The notes: generated by a model from the sequence alone, not told the origin. Positions 32,078 through 43,153 are shown, numbered from the stretch's first letter. The stretch: DNA of 64,000 nt from an uncultured Bacilli bacterium (GCA_910579455.1 CAJTUT010000005.1:1593-65592); one strand, 5' to 3'. Numbers and translations: made by a program.

Positions 32078-34003
32078 CTAAACATCTAAGTTCTCAACAT
32101 AAACAGCATTTTCTTCTATAAATTTCCTCCTAGGCTCTACTTCCTCACCCATAAGTTTCGAGAAAGTATCGTCTGCTGCCATGGTATCTTCTACTGTAAT
32201 CTGTCTTAAAACCCTTTTTTCAATATCCATTGTGGTTTCATTTAATTCCTCTGCATCCATCTCTCCTAAACCCTTCATACGCATAATATCATACTTCGTA
32301 TTTGGAGAAAGAGATCCTAAATACTCATCACGTTCTTGCTCATTTAATACATACTTAATAGTTTTTCCATGTTTGATAACAAAGAGTGGTGGTTGAGCTG
32401 CGTAAACATGACCCGCTTCTACAATCGGTCTAAAAAACCTATAGAACAACGTAAGTAATAAAACTCTAATATGAGACCCATCCACATCGGCATCGGTCAT
32501 AATAATAATTTTATTATATCTTAGTTTTTCTAAATTAAATTCCTCACCAATACCAGTTCCAAAAGCAGTAATAATTGTTTTAATCTCTTCATTAGACAAC
32601 GCCCTATCTAATCGTGCCTTCTCAACATTTAGTATTTTCCCACGCAAAGGAAGAATGGCTTGTGTCATACTATTTCTACACTTAATAGCAGACCCTCCAG
32701 CGGAATCACCCTCGACTAAAAAAATCTCACACTCAGAAGAATCTTTACTTTTACAATCAGATAGCTTTCCATAAAAATTAACAACATCAAGATCCCCTTT
32801 TCTCCTAGTTAACTCTCTAGCACGCTTTGCAGCAACTCTAGCACGAGAAGCAGTCATACTCTTATCAATAATTACTCTTGCTTGATCTGGATTTTCCATC
32901 AAAAATCTCTCTAATGCAGTAGAAAATACTTTATCTGCAATGCTTCTTACTTCACTATTTCCAAGCTTTGTTTTCGTTTGTCCTTCAAATTGAGGATTTG
33001 GATGCTTTGCAGAAATAATCATAGTTAGTCCTTCTTTAACATCATCTCCAGTTAATGCATCATCTTTTTCTTTTAAAATATTATTATCTTTTGCATATTT
33101 ATTTAAAATTCTAGTTAAAGCACGTCTAACACCATCTTCATGAGTTCCACCTTCTGGAGTGTTGATATTATTTACAAAAGAATAAATACTAGAATTATAC
33201 GTCTCATTATACTGTAAAGCAACTTCTAAAGATATATCATCAATCGTTCCTGTACAATCTATGATAGTTGAATGAATAGGACTTTTACTTTTATTAAGCA
33301 TTTCTACATACTCTGTAATTCCACCTTCATAACAAAAAGAATCCTTTCGATCATCCTCTCTCTCATCATAAATAGAAATTTTTAATCCCCTATTTAAAAA
33401 TGCCAACTCTCTAAGTCTTGTTCTTAAAATTTCATAATCATATACCGTAGTATCTGTAAAAATTTCAGGATCCGGTTTAAAACGAACAGAGGTTCCCGTA
33501 CGTTCCATAGAGCAAGTATCTATTTCCTTTAATTCATCAATAGCATGTCCACCATCTTCATATTTTTGATAGTAAACCTTACCATTTTTATATACCTTTA
33601 CTTCTAACCAACTACTTAAAGCGTTTACAACACTAGCTCCTACTCCATGAAGCCCTCCAGAAACCTTATAGCCTCCACCACCAAATTTTCCACCAGCATG
33701 TAAGACTGTATATACAGTCTCAACTGTACTTTTTCCGGTTTTTGGATGAATTTCAACAGGAATTCCTCTTCCATCATCCCGAACAGTAATTGTATTTTCT
33801 GTTCCAATTACCACTTCAATATGAGAACAATAACCAGCTAAGGCCTCATCAATCGCATTGTCTACAATTTCCCATACTAAATGATGAAGTCCCCTAGAAC
33901 TTGTACTACCAATATACATTCCAGGACGTTTTCTTACTGCCTCTAACCCCTCTAACACTTGAATTGAGGAAGAATCATATTCTTTTTCTACCATTTCTGC
34001 CAT
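32078..34003 (-). CDS. gyrB: DNA gyrase subunit B
   Basis: 641 aa; GHKL ATPase ([14 protein letters not shown]), Toprim [18 protein letters not shown]. Confidence 0.97.
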   Translation of the reverse strand: MAEMVEKEYDSSSIQVLEGLEAVRKRPGMYIGSTSSRGLHHLVWEIVDNAIDEALAGYCSHIEVVIGTENTITVRDDGRGIPVEIHPKTGKSTVETVYTVLHAGGKFGGGGYKVSGGLHGVGASVVNALSSWLEVKVYKNGKVYYQKYEDGGHAIDELKEIDTCSMERTGTSVRFKPDPEIFTDTTVYDYEILRTRLRELAFLNRGLKISIYDEREDDRKDSFCYEGGITEYVEMLNKSKSPIHSTIIDCTGTIDDISLEVALQYNETYNSSIYSFVNNINTPEGGTHEDGVRRALTRILNKYAKDNNILKEKDDALTGDDVKEGLTMIISAKHPNPQFEGQTKTKLGNSEVRSIADKVFSTALERFLMENPDQARVIIDKSMTASRARVAAKRARELTRRKGDLDVVNFYGKLSDCKSKDSSECEIFLVEGDSAGGSAIKCRNSMTQAILPLRGKILNVEKARLDRALSNEEIKTIITAFGTGIGEEFNLEKLRYNKIIIMTDADVDGSHIRVLLLTLFYRFFRPIVEAGHVYAAQPPLFVIKHGKTIKYVLNEQERDEYLGSLSPNTKYDIMRMKGLGEMDAEELNETTMDIEKRVLRQITVEDTMAADDTFSKLMGEEVEPRRKFIEENAVYVENLDV

Positions 34004-34004
34004 C

Positions 34005-35117
34005 TTATTTCCTTCTTTCTATCTTTCCATTCTTTATTTCATATATATAAGCATCAATAAGATACTTCTTTCTAATATTTTTAATATCTGTTGTAGTTAT
34101 AATACTTTGAATATCATGACTTACATATTCTAAAAGTTTATTCCGTTTACTAATATCTAATTCACTAAATATATCATCAAGTAGTAATACAGGACTTGTA
34201 TTATTATAATTTTTAAAAATCTCTATTTCAGCTAACTTAAAAGATAAAATAGCAATTTTCTGTTGCCCCTGAGAACCGAAATATTTCAAATCCTTATTGT
34301 TAAAGTAAAAAAGAAAATCATCACGATGGGGTCCAAATAAAGTCATACCATAATTTAATTCCTTTTTATAATTTTGCTTAAAAGTATACTTCATTTTTTT
34401 TCTAATAGTATCCTCTTTAAAGTCTGCTAATTCAATATTTGTTTCATATTTAATAATAACACCTGATTCGGATGTTATTTTAGAATAAATAGTATCAATA
34501 TATTGATTAATAAAATCTATATACTTTTTTCTTTCTGAATAAATAGTAATTGATTTCTCAATTAATTTTTCAGTGATAACATCTAAATAAGAAGAATCAG
34601 CAATTGATGAAGTAAGTAATAACTTTAAATATTCATTTCTCATCTTTAACAATTTATTATATTCATTGTATGTATTTAAATATTTAATAGATATCTGGCT
34701 TAACTCTATATTAAGTAGATTTCTTCTAATACTGGGTGATCCTTTTATAATATTCAAATCTTCTGGAGTAAAAATAATTATATTCAAATTAGAAATATAT
34801 TCTCCTATTTTTTTTATTTTTGTCTTATTTATCTTTAAAACCTTATTATCTTTTTCTATAGACACTTCCAAATTTTTTAAAACTTTATCATGTTTCACCT
34901 TTGCTCTTAACCTACACTTTTCTTTTCCAAAAGATATTAAATTGGGTTCTATCCCATTTTTATAAGTTTTTGTTAGAGCTAAAATACAAACACTCTCTAA
35001 TATATTAGTCTTTCCAGAAGCATTTTTCCCAATAATAATATTCATTTTAGAATTAAGATCTAAATTAAGATGAGAATAATTTCTAAAATTTAATAAATTC
35101 AAACTCTTAATAACCAT
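34005..35117 (-). CDS. recF: DNA replication and repair protein RecF
   Basis: 370 aa; Walker [10 protein letters not shown]; SMC-like signature; Walker [12 protein letters not shown]; canonical position between dnaN and gyrB. Confidence 0.93.
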   Translation of the reverse strand: MVIKSLNLLNFRNYSHLNLDLNSKMNIIIGKNASGKTNILESVCILALTKTYKNGIEPNLISFGKEKCRLRAKVKHDKVLKNLEVSIEKDNKVLKINKTKIKKIGEYISNLNIIIFTPEDLNIIKGSPSIRRNLLNIELSQISIKYLNTYNEYNKLLKMRNEYLKLLLTSSIADSSYLDVITEKLIEKSITIYSERKKYIDFINQYIDTIYSKITSESGVIIKYETNIELADFKEDTIRKKMKYTFKQNYKKELNYGMTLFGPHRDDFLFYFNNKDLKYFGSQGQQKIAILSFKLAEIEIFKNYNNTSPVLLLDDIFSELDISKRNKLLEYVSHDIQSIITTTDIKNIRKKYLIDAYIYEIKNGKIERRK

Positions 35118-35232
35118 TTTTAATAATAAAAGACCTCATATAATCACCTACACCCTACTTTGGTATTCCTATACATACATACCCATTATAACATAATTTA
35201 GCGATTTATACACCAAAAAATAGCTATAACAG

Positions 35233-35685
35233 CTATTTTTCATTAACTTTTCTATTTCTCATAATTAAATCTAATCTAGAAGCTCTTAAGACTTGATTTT
35301 CTATAGTTCTTTTTGAAATCGGTACAATTAATTCTACTCCATTATTAAATTTTATTTTAGTACTATTAAATTCTTCTTCTGTAACACATTTAATATTTCT
35401 TAACGAGATCCACATACAATCATCAGAAGTTGGTGAATTAGTAGGAAAAAATATTAAATTTCTACTATTTTCCACAATGATTGGAACTTTATAATTGATA
35501 TTTAGAATTGCTTTTGTTCCCTCTTTTCTCCCTTCATAAGAAGATCCAAAATATTTACAACTATAATCCAATATTTCAAAAGGTGTATTTTCTATGATGT
35601 ATTCTCCTTGATCTTCTAATACTTTACTTTTATTCCTCTCAGTTGGTATAACTGCAAGAGTACCTTCATTAATTTCATATTTCAT
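35233..35685 (-). CDS. comK: ComK-family protein (short, 150 aa)
   Basis: Collinear matches to B. subtilis ComK: YEINEGTLAVIP/YEVNGATIAVLP, SCKYFGSSYEGRKEGT/SCRFFGSSYAGRKAGT, PIIVENSRNLIFFPTNS/PIMVDPSNQIFLFPTLS, CMWISL/CGWISH. Confidence 0.7.
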   Translation of the reverse strand: MKYEINEGTLAVIPTERNKSKVLEDQGEYIIENTPFEILDYSCKYFGSSYEGRKEGTKAILNINYKVPIIVENSRNLIFFPTNSPTSDDCMWISLRNIKCVTEEEFNSTKIKFNNGVELIVPISKRTIENQVLRASRLDLIMRNRKVNEK

Positions 35686-35816
35686 GATATTTCCCCCTAA
35701 TCTGAAAACTTTGTCGCTTTCGGATTAGTACTATATCACACCAGTTTGTCGCATTTCGTCGAAATTTAGGAAAATAAAAAATCATTGAAATTAATTAAAA
35801 AACAATGATTTTTATT

Positions 35817-36947
35817 TTAATAGGTTCTTATTGGCAGAACTAATTGGGTTAATGTGTCGTCTTCACTTGATTTTACTAAAATAGGTTTTACTTCCCCTAC
35901 AAATTGAATTTCCACTGTTTTTGTGGAAAAAGATTTCAAAGCATCCATCATGTATTTAGCGCTAAAGGAAATCCTAATATTTTCTTGATTATTTTTCTTA
36001 ATTAACATCTTTTCCTCTACTCTTCCTATTTCTTGCGAAGAAGATCTTAATATTAATAAATCATCCTTTGTTTCCAGTGTTACAATATTTTTTTCTTTAT
36101 CACTAGTTAAAATACTAGCCCTATCAATTACATTATATAAATCATTAATATTAGCCGAAATAGTTAAAAGCTCTTCTTTTGGAATTAAATTAGAGGTATT
36201 AGGATATGTACCATTAATTAACCTAGATTGAAATTTTAAATTTTTATAAATAAATAACACTTTATTATTAGAAATATGCAATTCTACATTACTATCCATA
36301 TCATCATCTAAAATCCTTGAAAATTCAGTAATATTATGGCTAGGAATTACAATATTATAATTTTCTTCATTATTATGATCTAAATGAATTATTTTTCTAG
36401 CTAAACGATAAGAATCAGTAGAATTACATTCCAATGTATCCCCTACTATATTAAAATTAAGACCTGTTAACACTGGTTTGGTTTCTTCATTAGAAGATGC
36501 AAATGCAGTTTGTAAAACAAGATCCTTAAAAATTTTATTATTAATAAGAACCTTCTTTTTACTCTCTTCTAAATTAATAGATGGGTATTCTTCTTCACTA
36601 ATTCCATTTAAATGAAATTCACTATTTTCTGTATAAATTAATATTTTTAATTCATCAAAAACTTCTATATTAATATATTTATCAGGAAGTTTTTTTACAA
36701 TATCCAAAATATATTTTCCCTGAATTATAATATTCCCTTCTTTTTCTACTTTAAAATCCTCTTCATTTTCAGTTGTTATAAAGGTTTGAATAGTAATATC
36801 ATTATCACTTGCCGTTAATGTTAATTTATTCTTTTTTAAATTAAACTTAATTCCTGCTAAAACAGGGATTAAATTTTTTGTAGAAATTGCTTTTGATACT
36901 TTGTTTAAAGCGTTTTGTAAAATATCCTTCTTAATTGTTAATTTCAT
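35817..36947 (-). CDS. dnaN: DNA polymerase III beta sliding clamp
   Basis: 376 aa; MKLTIKKD start, three-domain clamp, C-terminal LPIRTY-like end; downstream of dnaA. Confidence 0.95.
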   Translation of the reverse strand: MKLTIKKDILQNALNKVSKAISTKNLIPVLAGIKFNLKKNKLTLTASDNDITIQTFITTENEEDFKVEKEGNIIIQGKYILDIVKKLPDKYINIEVFDELKILIYTENSEFHLNGISEEEYPSINLEESKKKVLINNKIFKDLVLQTAFASSNEETKPVLTGLNFNIVGDTLECNSTDSYRLARKIIHLDHNNEENYNIVIPSHNITEFSRILDDDMDSNVELHISNNKVLFIYKNLKFQSRLINGTYPNTSNLIPKEELLTISANINDLYNVIDRASILTSDKEKNIVTLETKDDLLILRSSSQEIGRVEEKMLIKKNNQENIRISFSAKYMMDALKSFSTKTVEIQFVGEVKPILVKSSEDDTLTQLVLPIRTY

Positions 36948-37076
36948 AATTATTCCTTCTTTCTTTTATAAATTTTTATATTATTACTGTGGAAATTGTT
37001 TAAATCTAATTATTATCCTTATTTTTTATGAAAATCCATCATTATTTATTGTGGAAAAAAGACAAATATTTAATAA
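36948..37076. promoter_or_regulatory. dnaA-dnaN intergenic DnaA-box cluster (oriC downstream half / DUE-proximal)
   Basis: TGTGGAAAT (about 36988-36996), TTATCCTTA (37012-37020), TGTGGAAAA (37050-37058) in an AT-rich spacer. Confidence 0.7.
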
Positions 37077-38468
37077 TTAATTCACAACAGCATCACCAAT
37101 ATCTTTTTTTAATTTATCAATAATTTTTGCTAAATCTGGATTGATTTTGATCTCTTGGGCAATTTTTTCAACAGAGTGCATCACTGTAGAATGATCCTTA
37201 CCTCCAAACTCAGTACCTATTTTTGGAAAAGATTCACTAGTCATATTTCTACATAAGTACATAGCAATTTGTCTAGGAAAAGAGATATTAGAGCTCCTTT
37301 TTTTGCTCCGAATATCTTCTACTGTAATTTGAAAATATTCAGAAACAATTTTTTGAATTCTGTGAACCTCATTTTTTTCAGATATACCTTTACTTATAAA
37401 ATCTTTTAAGGCTTCTATAGCAAGATCTAGAGTAATTTCTACTCCTCCCATAATAGTGGAATATGCAATAAGTCTTGTAATAGATCCTTCTAGTTGTCTT
37501 ACATCAGTTCCTATATTAGAAGCAATATATTCTATGACGTCCTCAGGAATTTCTTTTTCAAAATTTCCTGAGGATATTTTCTTTTTAATGATTTCAGTTC
37601 GTAAAGAAAATTCTGGAGGAAATATATTGACGGTTAAACCCCAACAAAATCTAGTTCTTAGACGATCCTCTAATAATTTTAAATCATCAGGAGAACGATC
37701 TGAGGAAATAATAATTTGTTTACTATCATTATATAATGTATTAAAGGTGTGAAAAAATTCTTGTTGTGTTTGAGTAGCACCCCCTAAGAATTGGATATCA
37801 TCAATAATTAGTACATCAACATTTCTATACTTATTTTTAAAAAAGTCTACATAATTGAAATTAGTTCCTTTTTCATCTCTTTTATTAATTCCAACAAAAT
37901 CTTGTATGAATTGATCACTAGTAACATAAAGAACTTTTCTATTACTATTTTTGATAATATAATTACCAATTGCGTGCATTAAATGGGTTTTTCCTAATCC
38001 ACTATTACCATATATAAATAAAGGATTATACATATTACCAGGGTTTTCAGCAACAGATAAAGCAGCTGCATGAGCAAACTTATTACTATTTCCAACAATA
38101 AATGTTTCAAAAGAATACTTGCTTTTTAAATTAGATTGAAAAGGATTTGGAGGAACACCCTTATTTATAATAGGTTGTTCTGTAGATATATTTTGATCTT
38201 GGGTTTCCCTTGCTAGTTCTAATTCTGACTCTAAAATAAAATCTAATTCAAAATTAGTTCCTGTAATATCATTTAAGTTTTCAATAATTAAGTTAGAATA
38301 TTTGTCTGCTAAGTGTTTTTTGTGAATTTGCATGGGAACGATAATAAAAGCTTTACCATCTTCTAGTTTGTGGAGTCTGGTATCATGAAACCAAGTATCG
38401 AAAGCTAGACTAGTCAGATCCTCCTTGATTTGTGATAAAAACTTTTGCCACAAAATATCCACATTCAT
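37077..38468 (-). CDS. dnaA: Chromosomal replication initiator DnaA
   Basis: Start at MNVDILWQKF (GGGGAGA RBS); AAA+ Walker A GNSGLGKTHL, Walker B LIIDDIQF; C-terminal DnaA-box binding helix (HSTVMHS). Confidence 0.95.
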   Translation of the reverse strand: MNVDILWQKFLSQIKEDLTSLAFDTWFHDTRLHKLEDGKAFIIVPMQIHKKHLADKYSNLIIENLNDITGTNFELDFILESELELARETQDQNISTEQPIINKGVPPNPFQSNLKSKYSFETFIVGNSNKFAHAAALSVAENPGNMYNPLFIYGNSGLGKTHLMHAIGNYIIKNSNRKVLYVTSDQFIQDFVGINKRDEKGTNFNYVDFFKNKYRNVDVLIIDDIQFLGGATQTQQEFFHTFNTLYNDSKQIIISSDRSPDDLKLLEDRLRTRFCWGLTVNIFPPEFSLRTEIIKKKISSGNFEKEIPEDVIEYIASNIGTDVRQLEGSITRLIAYSTIMGGVEITLDLAIEALKDFISKGISEKNEVHRIQKIVSEYFQITVEDIRSKKRSSNISFPRQIAMYLCRNMTSESFPKIGTEFGGKDHSTVMHSVEKIAQEIKINPDLAKIIDKLKKDIGDAVVN

Positions 38469-38486
38469 ACAACCATCTCCCCACAA

Positions 38487-38786
38487 GATTCATCAATCAC
38501 CATTAGTGTACATGAAATTGTTGAAAAAATAAATAGGAAAGCAATATTTTTTTTTATTCACAATATATTAACATATTTATTCACAACCTAAATATATTAA
38601 TATATATAGAAAAAATAAATTTTCCACATTTTCCACAAATTTTAATAAACAACTGTTAGTTATCTTTTCCACAAGATTGTGGAAAATGTGGAAGAATGAT
38701 TTTATAGAAAAATATCTACTTTTCATTGACAAAATAAGGAATTTATTATTATAATAATGTAGATTTATGTCTGGAGGTGGAAAAAT
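38487..38786. promoter_or_regulatory. oriC upstream region with multiple DnaA boxes and the rpmH promoter
   Basis: TTATTCACA x2 (38554-38562, 38577-38585), TTTTCCACA x3 (38620-38628, 38629-38637, 38665-38673), TGTGGAAAA (38678-38686), TGTGGAAGA (38687-38695); each is within 1-2 mismatches of TTATCCACA. Confidence 0.8.
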
Positions 38787-38909
38787 ATGAAAAGAACATA
38801 TCAACCAAACAATCGTAAGAAATCAAAAAAACATGGTTTTTTTGCACGTAAATTAACAAATATATTAAAATCTCGTCGTAAAAAGGGACGTAAAAGACTT
38901 TGTAAATAA
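38787..38909 (+). CDS. rpmH: 50S ribosomal protein L34
   Basis: 40-aa [43 protein letters not shown] (not in the ORF track because it is under 60 aa); GGAGGTGG RBS; directly upstream of rnpA. Confidence 0.85.
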   Translation: MKRTYQPNNRKKSKKHGFFARKLTNILKSRRKKGRKRLCK

Positions 38910-38961
38910 TCCACAAGGTGAAACTAGTGGGTTTTTCTGTCTATAGATTGGGGCTATTTTC

Positions 38962-39294
38962 ATGAAAAAAAGAGATATTGTAAAAGATAAAAAAGATTTT
39001 ACAAACATTATAAAAACAGGAAAAAAAATTAGCAATCGTAGTTTTGTAATCTACTATAAAAAAAATATGAAAGATCATAGTCGATATGGAATATCTGTAG
39101 GAACTAAGTTAGGAAATGCTGTATTTAGAAATAAATATAAAAGAAGAATTAGGATGTTAATAACAGAAAATCAAAGTCTATCTAATAAGAAAAAAGATTA
39201 TATTATCTTATTAAGAAAAAATGCTAAAGATTTAGAATTTCAAGAATTAAAAAAAGATTTGAATCAATTATTTAGTAAGTTAAAGGAGTTATAA
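38962..39294 (+). CDS. rnpA: Ribonuclease P protein component
   Basis: 110 aa, highly basic; typical rpmH-rnpA-yidC order. Confidence 0.85.
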   Translation: MKKRDIVKDKKDFTNIIKTGKKISNRSFVIYYKKNMKDHSRYGISVGTKLGNAVFRNKYKRRIRMLITENQSLSNKKKDYIILLRKNAKDLEFQELKKDLNQLFSKLKEL

Positions 39295-40233
39295 ATGAAA
39301 AATAAAAAAACAAAAATTACTTTAGTCATATTATTTTCGTTAATTCTATTAACAACAGGTTGTACAAAGACTTTAACTGATAAAAAAAATAAACCAGTAA
39401 AAAATGAAGTTACTGGTCAAAATTTAACAGAAAATATATTATGTAAACCTACCTCTAAAAAGGTTCAAAAGATTTATATAAAAAATGGAGTTAAAATTAA
39501 TCAGTTACCCACTTGTGAAAAATTTAAAGTTACAAGTGGTAAATATGAGGGTTTATGGACATCAATATTCGTAAAACCATTATCCTTTATTCTGTTAAGA
39601 CTAGGAATACTTCTAAAGAATAATTTTGCTTTATCTTTAATTATTATTAGTTTGATTATTAGACTTATAGCCTATCCATTTACGAAAAAAACAGCAATGC
39701 AATCAGAATTAATGAAAAAAGCTCAACCAGAACTTGCCAAAATTCAAAATAAATATAAAGATAAGCAAGATCAAGATTCAATGATGAGACAAAGCCAAGA
39801 GATGATGGCTGTTTATAAAAAGTATAGTATTAGTCCGATGTCTGGTTGTCTATTTTCTATGATTCAACTTCCTTTATTCATAGCCTTTTTTGAAGCGGTA
39901 CAAAGAACTCCCGCAATTTTTGAGGGAAAATTTTTAGGACTTCAATTAGGAACTACACCAGCAGTTGGTTTTGGAACAAGTGGAATTATTGCTTATGTTA
40001 TATTAATGATTTTAATAGCGGCAACAACTTTTTACTCTTTTAAATTGAATATGACAGGAAATTCCTTGGATGATAATATGAAAATGATGCCATTAATGAT
40101 GAGTGGAATGATTATTGTAATGGCTCTATTTATGCCATCAGCATTAGGAATTTATTGGGTAACTACAAATTTATTTACAGTATTTCAAAACTTATTAGTA
40201 AAAAGGAGTAAAGGAAAAAATGGAAAAGCATAG
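39295..40233 (+). CDS. yidC: Membrane protein insertase YidC (lipoprotein type, SpoIIIJ/YidC2-like)
   Basis: 312 aa; lipobox LLTTGC; 60-kDa IMP core with conserved helices; the ATG follows the rnpA stop. Confidence 0.9.
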   Translation: MKNKKTKITLVILFSLILLTTGCTKTLTDKKNKPVKNEVTGQNLTENILCKPTSKKVQKIYIKNGVKINQLPTCEKFKVTSGKYEGLWTSIFVKPLSFILLRLGILLKNNFALSLIIISLIIRLIAYPFTKKTAMQSELMKKAQPELAKIQNKYKDKQDQDSMMRQSQEMMAVYKKYSISPMSGCLFSMIQLPLFIAFFEAVQRTPAIFEGKFLGLQLGTTPAVGFGTSGIIAYVILMILIAATTFYSFKLNMTGNSLDDNMKMMPLMMSGMIIVMALFMPSALGIYWVTTNLFTVFQNLLVKRSKGKNGKA

Positions 40234-40831
40234 CTATATTGGAAAAACGAAAGAAGAAGCAACTAAGGAAGCAGAAATATCATTACAAGAAACTCGAGAT
40301 CATTTAATTATTCATGAAAGAGAGATTAAACAGGGAGGATTTTTCAAATCTAAAAAAATAGCAATTGAGGTAATTGAAAAAAGAGAAGTTGTGAAGTTTA
40401 TCAAATCCTATCTTTCAATATTAGTAAAAGATTTAGGATTTAATGCTAATATTGAAGTAAAAACAAAAGAAATTCCAACATATATTATTTACTCTGATCA
40501 TGATTCTTTATTAATTGGAAAGAATGGAAAGAATCTGCAAGCTTTATCTAGGATTGTGGCACAAGCTGTATTAAAAGAAGTAGGGGATTCTTTCAAATTC
40601 TTAATTGATGTTAATGAATATAAACAAAAACATGAAAAATCTTTAGAGTATTTGGCAAAAAAGGTAGCTAGAGAAGTGAAAAATTCAAAAGTAGCAGCAA
40701 AATTAGATTCTTTAAATGCTTATGAAAGAAGAATTGTTCATAACATTTTATCGAATAATAAATATGTTTATACAGAAAGTGTAGGCGAAGAACCAAATAG
40801 ATGCTTATTAATAAAACCTAAAGAAGATTAA
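40220..40831 (+). CDS. khpB: RNA-binding protein Jag/KhpB (KH plus R3H)
   Basis: 203 aa; R3H motif YERRIVHNIL; overlaps the yidC end; conserved yidC-jag pair. Confidence 0.85.
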   Translation: MEKHSYIGKTKEEATKEAEISLQETRDHLIIHEREIKQGGFFKSKKIAIEVIEKREVVKFIKSYLSILVKDLGFNANIEVKTKEIPTYIIYSDHDSLLIGKNGKNLQALSRIVAQAVLKEVGDSFKFLIDVNEYKQKHEKSLEYLAKKVAREVKNSKVAAKLDSLNAYERRIVHNILSNNKYVYTESVGEEPNRCLLIKPKED

Positions 40832-40861
40832 TTCTTCTTTTTTAGTAAGAGGGATGTAAAA

Positions 40862-41659
40862 ATGAATATATATCAAATATTAAATGAAATAACTGAGTAT
40901 ATTGATAATCATTTAGACGAAAAAATAGAATATTTAAAGCTTTCCAAAATGATGGGAGTAAATGAATATACTATGAGAAGAATTTTTTCCTTATTAACGA
41001 ATCAATCTTTATCTGAATATATTAGAAAAAGAAGACTTACTACCGCTGGATATGATTTATATCAAAATCGAAACAAAATAATTGATATTGCCATGAAATA
41101 TCAATATGATAATGCTACATCATTTTCCAGGGCCTTTTTTAAATTTCATGGAATAAAACCAAGTGAAGTAAATAAAAATGCTCAATTAAAAAATTTTCCA
41201 CGTATTATTTTTAACGAAGATATAAAACTACCAGAAGGTATAGAATATAAAATAAAAACTTTAGATGAAATGATTTTTTATGGAATAGGAGTAAAAGTAA
41301 ATAATCAAAATATAGGAAAAATTGCCCCTAAATTTTTTCAAGACTCAAGAAAAAAATATGAATCTACTTATGGAAATATTGAATATGCAATGATTACATA
41401 TCAACAGCAAGATAGAGAACAGTGTAATGGTTATTATATTTTATATCAAAAAAAAATAAAGGGATTTCAAAAATTTATCATTCCTAAAGGAAAATGGCTT
41501 TTTTTTAGAATATCTTCATATGATGATAAGGAAATCCAAAAAGTATCACAACAATTTTATTGTGAATTTCTACCAAGTAGTAAATATAATTTGAGATTAT
41601 CGCAAGAACTTGAATATTACCATGATGGTGTAACTGATTTTATCGTACCAATATATTGA
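40862..41659 (+). CDS. AraC-family transcriptional regulator with a GyrI-like effector domain
   Basis: 265 aa; N-terminal AraC HTH pair (LSKMMGVNEYTMRRIFSLL ... YDNATSFSRAFFKFHGIKPSE), C-terminal GyrI-like half. Confidence 0.75.
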   Translation: MNIYQILNEITEYIDNHLDEKIEYLKLSKMMGVNEYTMRRIFSLLTNQSLSEYIRKRRLTTAGYDLYQNRNKIIDIAMKYQYDNATSFSRAFFKFHGIKPSEVNKNAQLKNFPRIIFNEDIKLPEGIEYKIKTLDEMIFYGIGVKVNNQNIGKIAPKFFQDSRKKYESTYGNIEYAMITYQQQDREQCNGYYILYQKKIKGFQKFIIPKGKWLFFRISSYDDKEIQKVSQQFYCEFLPSSKYNLRLSQELEYYHDGVTDFIVPIY

Positions 41660-42129
41660 AGATTTAAGAAAATTAAGATATAAAGAAAGGATTAGTATCA
41701 TCTTCACAGTATGATCAAATGATAACCCTTGAGAATATAGATTTTATTGTTCGAGATAGTTTAAAAAAATGTGTTTTAGAGAACAATTTTTACATCCTAT
41801 TTCAAATAACTATTTGGATAGTAAACAGAAATATTCTATAAGATTATTAGACGGGAAACATTAAATGAATGATAAGAAGAAATAACTATCTCTAACGAGA
41901 ATCACAGATTGGAAAATTTTTTATGGATTCTTTTTTTATGCTTCTTATAGAAACCGTATTAAAGGAAAATTTCCTTAGGTATTTGAAAGAGTGAAAAAAT
42001 TAAAATCTACTATTGAAAAATATATTTTTAGAAATGCTACAGATATAGACAAAATAATGGATTGTATACATACTATATAATCATTCTAATGAAAAACAAA
42101 GGTAAATCTTAAAAAATAAGATAAATGAT

Positions 42130-42160
42130 AAAACTGATTCCTAAAAAGTCAGTTTTTTTC
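42130..42160 (+). terminator. Orphan rho-independent terminator within the decayed spacer
   Basis: AAAACTGA(42130-42137)...TCAGTTTT(42149-42156) followed by a T-run; no intact ORF upstream within 470 bp. Confidence 0.5.
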
Positions 42161-42199
42161 TTTCTTTATATGATATCTTAACAATTGAGGAGAAAAAAG

Positions 42200-43153
42200 A
42201 TGAAAAAAGAAATATTAGATTTTTATTTAAAAACAAGTGTTTATACAAATTATTATCCATTTGAAGAATATTATAAATCCCTACCAGATGATATGGGAAC
42301 TCTTACTAATTTGCTTCATCATCAAGTAATTCATAGAAGTGAATTAATTAGAAGTTATCTAAACAGCCCTAGTAAGTATGATAGTGAGATTGAACTAAAG
42401 AAAATAAAAGAAGAGTTTCCTTGGTATAGGAATCGATGTGACGATGATATTTTATTAACTGCTCCAGCGATCACAGCAGAATTATTTCGTCAAGATCCTA
42501 GGGGATTTGTAATAGGTAGAGAGATTAAAGATAAAGTAGTAATTACCTGTAGATATGTCTCAGTCCTACTTACATCTATTTTAAAAGCTAAGGGTATTCC
42601 AGCAAGATGTAGAAGTGGATATGCTGACTATTTTTTAAAAAAAAGGGATCATATTTATTATGATCATTGGATAGTTCAATATTATAATGGATATGAAAAA
42701 AGATGGGTAAATGTCGATAGTGATAATGACTATAAGACAGATTTTGATCAATGTGATATTCCAAATAATGAGTTTAAGTGGATTGCCCAAGTTTGGTTAG
42801 ACGTAAGGGAGGGAAAAGATAATCATGAAAATTATATTCATGGAAGGCATCTGAATGGATTAGATCATTTAGCCTATGCCCTATTTTTTGACTTTCATGC
42901 TCTGATGAATGATGAAATATCTTACTTATTTTTTCCAACAATGATTGATGAAAAAAAAGAATTTTTTAATTTATCAGAAGAGAATTTACAAAAACTTGAT
43001 GAGTTAGCAAGACTCATGTTAGATCCAGATAAAAATTTTGATGAATTAAGATATTTATTTAGAAATGATAAATGGTTAAGAGTTATTAATACACCACTTT
43101 TAGGGGATGAAGATCATTTAGAATTAGAGGAAGCTGACAAATTTAAAGGATGA
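42200..43153 (+). CDS. Transglutaminase-like superfamily cysteine protease
   Basis: 317 aa from ATG (GAGGAG RBS); putative Cys-His-Asp triad in ITCRYVSVLL / YYDHWIVQYY / NVDSDND. Confidence 0.7.
   Translation: MKKEILDFYLKTSVYTNYYPFEEYYKSLPDDMGTLTNLLHHQVIHRSELIRSYLNSPSKYDSEIELKKIKEEFPWYRNRCDDDILLTAPAITAELFRQDPRGFVIGREIKDKVVITCRYVSVLLTSILKAKGIPARCRSGYADYFLKKRDHIYYDHWIVQYYNGYEKRWVNVDSDNDYKTDFDQCDIPNNEFKWIAQVWLDVREGKDNHENYIHGRHLNGLDHLAYALFFDFHALMNDEISYLFFPTMIDEKKEFFNLSEENLQKLDELARLMLDPDKNFDELRYLFRNDKWLRVINTPLLGDEDHLELEEADKFKG

Noticed and set aside
38577-38804. 75-aa minus-strand ORF spanning the oriC DnaA-box region and the rpmH start
   Set aside because: It overlaps the DnaA boxes and the rpmH RBS/start, and the protein is low-complexity. 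This is the replication origin, not coding sequence.
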